A stretch of DNA of 64,000 bases. It comes from an uncultured archaeon (lineage in GTDB: Archaea > Micrarchaeota > Micrarchaeia > Micrarchaeales > CABMGC01). A program made the position numbers and the translations under genes. The notes below the pieces were generated by a model, which was given only the letters and a program-made list of their open reading frames with translations, was not told the DNA's origin and searched no databases. Each line of letters begins with the position of its first letter. Within the stretch, counting starts at the first letter, position 1. The stretch lies in the NCBI GenBank assembly GCA_963729635.1, contig CAVSOP010000006.1, forward strand, positions 27,283-91,282. Direction: 5' to 3'. This document shows positions 57,274 to 64,000 of the stretch, piece after piece.

Positions 57274-57912
57274 ATGACGGCAGCAGGCAACCGTACGAAG
57301 GCATACTCCCTGGCTGAGGGCGAGCTGCTCGTCAGGGCGGCAAGGAACGCCGTGGAGCTATACCTCACCTCGTCCAACTTCAGGCGTGAGGCGGCGGAGA
57401 TGGGCCTCTCTGGATTCGAGCGCAGGCACGGGGTCTTCGTGACCATATACCACTATCCTACGAGGACGCTCAGGGGATGCATAGGGTTCACGGAGGGCGT
57501 GAAGCCGCTGGGAAAACTGATCGTTGACGCCGCAGTCTCCGCGGCCACTGATGATCCGAGATTCGTGCCGCTGTCGCCCCCCGAGTTCGGGCACATCGTG
57601 CTGGAGGTCAGCCTGCTCACCGAGCCGGAGAAGATCTCAGGAGACCCTTCGGAGATAAGAAAACAGGTCAGGATAGGAAAGGACGGGCTCATGATAGAAT
57701 ACGGCTACAACAGGGGGCTGCTGCTTCCGATAGTGGCCGTGGAGGAGGGCTGGGGCGCCGAGGAGTTCCTGGACAACGTGTGCATCAAGGCGGGCATGGC
57801 GAAGCAGACTTGGAGGCAGCGGGGCGTCTCCCTCTACAGGTTCTCGGCGCAGGTGTTCGCGGAGACGGAGCCCAGGGGAAGGGTCACGGAAGTAAGGCTT
57901 GAAGGACCATGA
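57274..57912 (+). CDS. AMMECR1-domain protein
   Basis: HGVFVTIYHYPTRTLRGCIGF, AATDDPRFVPL, DGLMIEYGYNRGLLLPIV. Confidence 0.85.
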   Translation: MTAAGNRTKAYSLAEGELLVRAARNAVELYLTSSNFRREAAEMGLSGFERRHGVFVTIYHYPTRTLRGCIGFTEGVKPLGKLIVDAAVSAATDDPRFVPLSPPEFGHIVLEVSLLTEPEKISGDPSEIRKQVRIGKDGLMIEYGYNRGLLLPIVAVEEGWGAEEFLDNVCIKAGMAKQTWRQRGVSLYRFSAQVFAETEPRGRVTEVRLEGP

Positions 57913-58979
57913 GACTGATAGTGCTCGTAGACATGGACTACTTCTTCGCCGCATGCGAGGAACTCCGGCGGCCCGACATAAAGTCCAAGTCCGTGATAGT
58001 CGGCGCCGACCCGAAGGGAGGGACAGGCAGGGGGGTCGTGAGCGCCTGCAACTACGTGGCGAGGAAGTACGGGATAAGGAGCGGGATGCCGATATCGATG
58101 GCCTACCGCCTAAAGAGGGACGCTGTGTTCCTGCCCGTCGACTACGACTACTACGAGGCCGAATCCAAGAAGGTCATGACGATAATAAAGGCCTACGCGG
58201 ACAGGTTCGAGCAGGTCAGCGTGGACGAGGCGTTCGCCGACGTGTCAGGCAGGGCGAAGGACTACGCGGATGCGGTGGCGATCGCGGGCAGGATAAAGGA
58301 AGAGATCAGCAAGGAGCTCGGGCTGCCCTGCTCGGTCGGCGTCAGCACGAACAAGCTGGTTGCCAAGATGGCGTGCGAGGGAGCGAAGCCCAACGGCGTG
58401 AAGCTCGTCAGGGAGGAAGAGGCCGCCGGCTTCCTCGCGGACAAGCCCGTGGGCGACCTCTACGGAGTCGGCAGGAGGATGAACGAGAGGCTCAAGGCCA
58501 TGGGCTACTCCAGGATAGGCGACCTCGCCAAGGCCAACGTCATGGACCTGGTGGAGGAGTTCGGATCCTATGGCGCGGACATATACCACTACGCGAACGG
58601 GAAGGACGACGCCGAGGTGCAGGAGAACTACGAGGTGAAGTCGATAGGGAGGGAGAAGACCTTCGAGACCGACACTGACGACGCAAGAGTCGTATCCGCC
58701 GCGGTCTGGGACATGGCGCGGGAGGTCGCCTCGGAGGTGAGGAAGGGCGGTTTCGCGTTCAAGGTGATCACGCTCAAGATAAGGTACCCCGACTTCGAGG
58801 AGCACATGCACAGCAGGAGCCTCACCCACAGGTCCAACGCGGTCGAGGACATAGCGAGGTCAGCCTTGGACCTGTTCGCCAAGAACCTGGAGAAGGGGGA
58901 GAAGGTGAGGAAGGTGGGGGTGAGGGTCTCCAACCTCGTCAAGTACACCGGGCAGAAGCGGATTGAGGAGTACTTTTGA
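57909..58979 (+). CDS. dinB: Y-family DNA polymerase IV (Dpo4/DinB)
   Basis: Intact 356-aa ORF. IVLVDMDYFFAACEELRRP, VVSACNYVARKYGIRSGMP, SVDEAFADV, SVGVSTNKLVAKMA. Confidence 0.9.
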   Translation: MRLIVLVDMDYFFAACEELRRPDIKSKSVIVGADPKGGTGRGVVSACNYVARKYGIRSGMPISMAYRLKRDAVFLPVDYDYYEAESKKVMTIIKAYADRFEQVSVDEAFADVSGRAKDYADAVAIAGRIKEEISKELGLPCSVGVSTNKLVAKMACEGAKPNGVKLVREEEAAGFLADKPVGDLYGVGRRMNERLKAMGYSRIGDLAKANVMDLVEEFGSYGADIYHYANGKDDAEVQENYEVKSIGREKTFETDTDDARVVSAAVWDMAREVASEVRKGGFAFKVITLKIRYPDFEEHMHSRSLTHRSNAVEDIARSALDLFAKNLEKGEKVRKVGVRVSNLVKYTGQKRIEEYF

Positions 58980-58986
58980 CTGCCGA

Positions 58987-59916
58987 CTAGGCCTTCTCTA
59001 TCAGATATCTCCGCGCCTGCAACGCGGCCTTCACGCCGTCGCCGCTCGCGACAGAGGCCTGTCGGTAGGTCCTGTCGGAGACGTCCCCGGCCACGAAGAC
59101 GCCCTCAACGCTCGTCCCGACCTCGCCGCTCTTGATTATGTAACCCAGCTCGTCGATCGCCAGCTGGCCCTCGAAGAGCTTTGAGCGGGGTGCGTATCCT
59201 ATCGCGACGAAGATTCCGTCAATGGGCATCTCGGTCACCGCGTTGGTGACCAGGTTCTTTATCCTCGCTGAGGTGACTGCCTTCGAATCGCCCTTTATCT
59301 CCTCGATCGCCGAGTTCCACAGGACCTTTATCTTCGGGCTGGAGAGCACCCTGTCCTGCATTATCTTGCTGGCCCTGAAGGCGTCGCGCCTGTGCACGAC
59401 GGTCACGCTGCGGACGAACCTCGTGAGGAAGAACGCGTCCTCCATGGCGGTGTCGCCGCCTCCGACGACTATGACGTCCTTGTTCTTGAAGAAATTCGCG
59501 TCGCAGGTCGCGCAGCTCGACACGCCCTTGCCCATGTACTCCGCCTCGGATTCGAGGCCGAGCATCCTGGCCCTCGCTCCGGTGGCTATGATAAGCGAAT
59601 CTGTCTCGTATGTCTTGCCGTCTACGGTGATTTTGAAGGGGCGCGATTTCAGGTCGACGCGCGACACGTCCTCATCGATGAACCTGGCGCCGAACTTCTT
59701 CGCCTGCTTCCTCATCAGGTCGATGATCTCGTAGCCCTGGATCCCGTCCGGGAATCCGGGCATGTTCTCGACCTCCGTGGTGAGAAGCAGCTGTCCGCCG
59801 GCGTCCGAGCCTCCTATGACGAGGGGATCGAAACCCTCCCTCGCGGTGTATATCGCGGCCGAGAGGCCCGCTGGGCCGGAACCGATTATCATTACCTTCT
59901 CGGACATGTGATGCAC
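58987..59916 (-). CDS. trxB: Thioredoxin-disulfide reductase
   Basis: VMIIGSGPAGLSAAIYTAR (FAD GxGxxG), redox-active CATCD, VIVVGGGDTAMEDA (NADPH site), GVFVAGDV. Confidence 0.9.
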   Translation of the reverse strand: MHHMSEKVMIIGSGPAGLSAAIYTAREGFDPLVIGGSDAGGQLLLTTEVENMPGFPDGIQGYEIIDLMRKQAKKFGARFIDEDVSRVDLKSRPFKITVDGKTYETDSLIIATGARARMLGLESEAEYMGKGVSSCATCDANFFKNKDVIVVGGGDTAMEDAFFLTRFVRSVTVVHRRDAFRASKIMQDRVLSSPKIKVLWNSAIEEIKGDSKAVTSARIKNLVTNAVTEMPIDGIFVAIGYAPRSKLFEGQLAIDELGYIIKSGEVGTSVEGVFVAGDVSDRTYRQASVASGDGVKAALQARRYLIEKA

Positions 59917-59976
59917 AAGTTATTTGTGCGCAACAAGATTTAATAAGTTTAGAATCGCTATCTACGAGGCGACCTG

Positions 59977-60946
59977 ATGGCACTAGTCCTTGGCGACTTT
60001 AGGGTGGCGCTCGACTCGAGCGACAAGAGCGCCAACGTGAACTTCGTCTCCCACGCGCACACCGACCACATGGCCGGCCTGAGGAAGAACAGGAAGGCGC
60101 TCGCCAGCGACATAACCAAGGACCTGATCGAGTGCAGGAGCGAGCTGAAGGTGGAGCTCGCCGAGGAGCCCGACTGCGTCGACCTGCTCGACGCGGGGCA
60201 CATACTGGGCTCGAAGCAGCTCTACGTGGAGAACGACCTCTACGGCTACTCGGTGGTCTACAGCGGCGACTACCAGATGTCCCAGCCGCTGATCGCCGAG
60301 AAGATACAGATAAGGCAGGCGGACGTGCTCATAATGGATTCCACCTACCCCGACCCGAAGGTGGTCTTCGAGGAGAGCGGCGAGGTGGTGACAGCGATAC
60401 AGCACTACGCGCAGGATGAAGCTCGAGAAGGGCATAGTCCTCTTCGGTGCGCACATCATAGGGAGGGCGCAGGAGCTGATACACATACTCAACGAGGTGG
60501 GGATAGATCCCCTTGTCGACGAGAGGATCTGCAGGGCCAACGAGGTGTACAGGCAAGCACGGGGTGCGCCTCTCCTACCAGCAGGCGGACCTCTCCGGGG
60601 GCGACCTCGAAGGGCAGGGGCAACTTCGTTGCCATAGCCGAGCAGCCCAAGCTCGACCCAGATCAGCGAGAGGCTGAAAGCGGAGTGCCCCCGGCGCGTC
60701 TTCACCGCGATCGCGACGGGCCTGGCGAAGTCGTTCCGCTTCGGCACCGACGTGCAGTTCGCGCTGAGCGACCACGCCGACTTCTCGCAGGCGGTCGACT
60801 ACATAAACGCGTGCGGTCCCAAGATAGTCCTGACTTTCGGACAGCGCGCCGACGTCTTCGCGAAGAACCTCTCGCTGAAGGGCTACAACGCAAGGCCGCT
60901 CAGGGACACGTCGGCGCTGCACGGCATAATGCTAAACCATATCTAA
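59977..60946 (+). CDS. MBL-fold / beta-CASP-like nuclease, about 3 apparent frameshifts
   Basis: VSHAHTDHMAG (HxHxDH), DAGHILGS, LIMDSTY, FGAHIIGRAQELIHIL, and C-terminal ALSDHADFSQAVDYI (beta-CASP motif C-like). Confidence 0.65.
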
Positions 60947-61047
60947 TGGGCTCGATGAAGGAGAGGATTTACCAAGCCCACCTTGGGGAGGGCGGGGAGT
61001 ACGGCGCCTTGATAGCTATTTAAAACAGAATTCGCCAAGTATTAGCG

Positions 61048-62109
61048 ATGGTGCAGAGGATGGCAACGGACAAGGAAGCTGAGGAGAGCGCGAACTACAA
61101 ATACCTCCTGATCCTCCTCGGGATGGCCAGCGTGGTGCTCGCCGCGGCGACGATCTACATGATGCAGGTGCTGTCGATCAGCTACGGCGCCGACTACGGC
61201 ATCGGCAGCCTGATAAGCTCCGGCACGCTCAACGGGGTGCTGAGCCAGGAGAACCTCACGGTGCTCGCCGCTCAGGCCAGCCTCAACATGAGCGGCCTGC
61301 ACGACGCGATGAGGGAGATCTACGTGGTATTCCTGCTGTCGCTCGGCATGCTGGGCTCCTCCTTCGTGCTCTACACGGCCAGGCGGGCGAGGCACAGCTC
61401 CCTGGTGAGGAAGTACACTCTGCTCCACTCCACGCTCACCCTGCTCTACGTGGTTCTCTTCTACATAGTGTTCTCGAGCGGCTTCAACATAGACCTTGGC
61501 AGGCCCTATTTCCTCCTGGTCTACTTCGCGATGGCCGCGGCGCTGTGCATAGACGCATACCTGGAGTTCGGGGTCCAGGGCTACGCCCAGAAGCTGCTGA
61601 GGAGGGAGATAAGCATAGAGCCCAACACGCCTTACACGAACCTGATAAGGCTCAGGGAGGGCGTCTTCTCCAACCTCGGCGGCGAGGTCAGGATCGTGGA
61701 CAAGCACTTCAACTCCCAGGCGATCTCCAACCTGCACCGGCTCCTCGAGGGAGGCCTCTCCAACGTCAAGAGGGTGGACGTGCTCACCACGAGGGAGATG
61801 TTCGACTCCAGGTTCCTCGACAACTACAACGACTTCAAGAAGGAGCTCTCCAACTCCGGGGTGGAGCTGAACTTCATGCTCATGGCCGACGCGGACAGCA
61901 CGAACCAGCACGAGAGGTTCGTCTTCGACGACAAGAGGGCGTACAAGATACCTCCCCTCAACATCATCAACAAGAAGAGCGAGCACGTCGTGAGCTTCAG
62001 CGTGAGGGACGCGAGGAACAGGTTCGACGCGCTCGCGAGGAACGCGATGAAGTACGAGAACTACCTAGTCAAGCAGGCGAGGGAGCCGAGACCCCAGGGC
62101 GTTGAATGA
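61048..62109 (+). CDS. Membrane protein (about 4 TM) with C-terminal soluble domain of PLD-like/MIT_C-like pattern
   Basis: Intact 353-aa ORF. TM spans lie in the first 180 aa. The C-domain reads VRIVDKHFNSQAISNLHRLL...VDVLTT...GVELNFML...HERFVFDDKRAYKIP. This family assignment is pattern memory only. Confidence 0.4.
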   Translation: MVQRMATDKEAEESANYKYLLILLGMASVVLAAATIYMMQVLSISYGADYGIGSLISSGTLNGVLSQENLTVLAAQASLNMSGLHDAMREIYVVFLLSLGMLGSSFVLYTARRARHSSLVRKYTLLHSTLTLLYVVLFYIVFSSGFNIDLGRPYFLLVYFAMAAALCIDAYLEFGVQGYAQKLLRREISIEPNTPYTNLIRLREGVFSNLGGEVRIVDKHFNSQAISNLHRLLEGGLSNVKRVDVLTTREMFDSRFLDNYNDFKKELSNSGVELNFMLMADADSTNQHERFVFDDKRAYKIPPLNIINKKSEHVVSFSVRDARNRFDALARNAMKYENYLVKQAREPRPQGVE

Positions 62110-62384
62110 GAGCGGCTAACATCTACAAAGCGGAGAAGGGCCTCATACGGGTGAGCGCGGAGATAGACGGAGGCACCATCAGGGAGATAAGGATAACCGG
62201 CGATTTCTTCATGCTCCCCGAGAGGGCGGTGCTGAGGCTGGAGGGCCTGCTGAAGGGGAAGGCCTTCGAGAGGCGGGCGATCTCCGACGCGCTCGACGCG
62301 TTCTACGCCAGCGGCGTGGAGACGCCATGCGTGACCAAGGAGGACTTCCTGGAGGCAATAAGCGGTGCGAAGGATGAAATTTAG
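62106..62384 (+). CDS. lplB: Lipoate-protein ligase accessory (C-terminal) domain protein, LplB-type
   Basis: 92 aa, KAEKGLIRVSAEIDGGTIREIRITGDFFMLPE is typical of the LplA C-terminal domain. It is encoded separately, directly upstream of the catalytic subunit, as in Thermoplasma. Confidence 0.7.
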   Translation: MRAANIYKAEKGLIRVSAEIDGGTIREIRITGDFFMLPERAVLRLEGLLKGKAFERRAISDALDAFYASGVETPCVTKEDFLEAISGAKDEI

Positions 62385-63160
62385 ACTCATAAGCAAGGAC
62401 TATCCGGGCGATCCCTACAAGAACCTCGCGCTGGACGAGGCGATATTCACCGAGGTCAGGGAGGGAAGGTCGCCGCCGACGTTCAGGTTCTACAGGAACG
62501 CTAACGCCGTGATACTCGGGTGCTTTCAGACCGCAGAGGAGGAGGTGGACCTCGAGTACGCGGAGGCCAACGGGATAAAGATAGCGAAGAGGATAACCGG
62601 CGGCGGGCGCGGTCTACCACGACATGGGAAACCTCAACTACGCGATAATGACCAAGGACGTCTTCGATATCGGGCTTGACGTGCGGAAGCTCTTCTCCAC
62701 GCTGATGGACGGCGCCGTCTGCGCCTTCGAGAACTTGGGCATCGACGCCGAGCTTGGCAGGCTCAACGACGTGAGCGTGGGAGGCAAGAAGATACTCGGA
62801 GCCGCTGCCACGATGGACTCCGGAGCGCTTCTCTTCCACGCCGCCGTGCTGGTCGACGTAGACCTGATCAGGCTGGCGAGCGTACTGAAGGTTCCCGGGA
62901 TAAAGCTGAAGGACAAGGGAATATCGACCATCTTGGAGAGGGTGACCAACATAAAGACCGTAAGCGGAAACACCGTGGACGACCTGAGGGAGGCGCTGCT
63001 CGAGGGATATGCGGACTCCCTGGAATTCGAGTACGCGGAAGGGAGGCTGACCGATTCCGAGACGAAACTGCTTGACAGGCTCTATGACAACAAGTTCTCC
63101 CTTCCGAAATGGAACCTGGGCAGGGAGATGATTGACATGGCCGGCCCGAGGCAGCAGTAA
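62374..63160 (+). CDS. lplA: Lipoate-protein ligase A catalytic subunit, one apparent frameshift near 62610
   Basis: PYKNLALDEAIF, FRFYRNANAVILGCFQ, ITGGG-(A)VYHDMGNLNYA and VGGKKILGAAAT (lipoyl-AMP lysine motif context). Confidence 0.8.
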
Positions 63161-63167
63161 GTGGAGG

Positions 63168-64000
63168 TCACTTCTTCGTCTTGCCGTAGAAGAAGTCCAT
63201 AGGCCTGCCGAGCGCCGCCTCCGCGGCTTCCTGCAGCGCCTCGCTGTAAGTGGGATGCGGGTGTATCGAGTCAGCTATGTCCTCGAGCGTGGCTCCCATC
63301 TCTATCGCCACCACCGCCTCGCCTATGATGTCGTTGGCGTCGTCGGAGACTATCTCCACGCCCTTGATCACGTTGCTCTCGTCGTACGCGATCTTCACGA
63401 AGCCGTTCGTGGTGTCCAGCGCTATCGCCCTGCCCGACGCGGTCAGCGGGAACTTCGTGACGCTCATCACCCTCGCCCTCGAGCGTGCCGGCAATCGCGA
63501 CCTCCGGATCGGAGAACACGACCGCGGGGACGACGAGTGTTGTCGTAGCCGGAGTTCAGCCCCGACGCCACCTCCGCCGCGACCACGCCCTGCCGCATCG
63601 CCTTGTGGGCCAGGAGCGGCTCTCCTATGACGTCGCCCACCGCGAGTATGTTCGGGTCCGTCGTCCGCAGCGAACCGTCGACCTTCACGAAACCCTTCTC
63701 GTCGAGCTGGACGCTCGTGTTCTCAAGGCCGAGGCCTTCGGTGTAAGGGGAGAGGCCCACCGCGACGACGATCAGCTCCGCGTCGAGGGTCTTGCCGTCG
63801 CTCGAGCGTCACTGAGTTGCCAGAGTGCGACACTGGATTCACGCCGGCGTGCACCTCGATGCCCAGACTCGGCCATCTTGGCCTTTATGAGCTCCACCGC
63901 ATCCCTGTCGAAGCGCGAGAGGACGTCGGATCTCGCGACTATGTGCACCTTCGTGCCGAGCTTCGCGAAGAGGGTGCCTATCTCCACCGAGACGTATCCC
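63168..64000 (-). CDS. lpdA: Dihydrolipoyl dehydrogenase (E3), C-terminal part, runs off the window; apparent frameshifts
   Basis: Fragments EIGTLFAKLGTKVHIV, TDPNILAVGDVIGEPLLAHKA and the interface domain ending HPHPTYSEALQEAAEAALGRP in ORFs 63772, 63467 and 63168. Confidence 0.8.

Overview
Archaeal chromosomal segment. Archaeal markers present: CDC48, aIF2-gamma, ribosomal protein S6e, topoisomerase VI B, archease, a Y-family (Dpo4/DinB) polymerase, split LplB/LplA lipoate ligase, a C/D box sRNA and TATA-like promoters. The DNA is GC-rich with a strong AGG/ATA/AAG codon preference. Lineage cannot be fixed from the window; gene content looks Thermoplasmatota- or DPANN-like. Main blocks: (1) 17-6520 holds six co-directional genes: three paralogous polytopic membrane proteins, two paralogous bitopic proteins and a VirB4/HerA-family ATPase (a Ced/T4SS-like module). 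(2) 6532-9099 holds a YbaK-like deacylase, glnA and a PduO-type adenosyltransferase. (3) 9136-12459 is a minus-strand operon led by a cobalamin-riboswitch-like element. It encodes a protein with a DxHxxG B12-binding domain, a TM segment and a J domain. (4) An AlkZ-like glycosylase sits next to tRNA-Gln, whose 3' end is duplicated. (5) 14031-20798 holds core genes: M50 protease, CDC48, S6e, aIF2-gamma, a DHH phosphoesterase and a wHTH protein. (6) 20882-25928 is an AT-richer 5-kb IS6-family transposon with about 54-bp imperfect TIRs and an 8-bp target duplication. Its transposase is split by a nested IS630-family element. It carries an RHH gene plus a single-chain nuclease-like / N6-adenine methyltransferase / specificity protein. 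(7) KH protein and top6B. (8) 28280-31935 is an uncharacterised minus-strand operon. (9) Three RCK/TrkA genes. (10) 34410-52149 is a type IV pilus-like locus. The plus strand carries a wHTH/coiled-coil protein, a PilB/FlaI-type ATPase and two PilC/FlaJ-type half proteins. The minus strand carries five pilin-like (class III signal peptide) proteins, three of them giant LamG or PQQ-propeller adhesin-like proteins. That operon is interrupted twice by lower-GC AAA_14/DUF4143 ATPase cassettes flanked by duplicated pieces of the pilin genes. (11) 52136-64000 holds CBS proteins, tRNA-Cys, archease, a C/D sRNA, an archaeosortase-like protein, a Nudix-UDG fusion, tRNA-Ile, a Nudix protein, AMMECR1, a Y-family polymerase, trxB, an MBL/beta-CASP nuclease, LplB/LplA and partial lpdA. 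Caveat: many genes, including essential ones, are broken by single-base G/C-run indels that look like consensus errors. Coordinates of interrupted genes are therefore reconstructions across frames.
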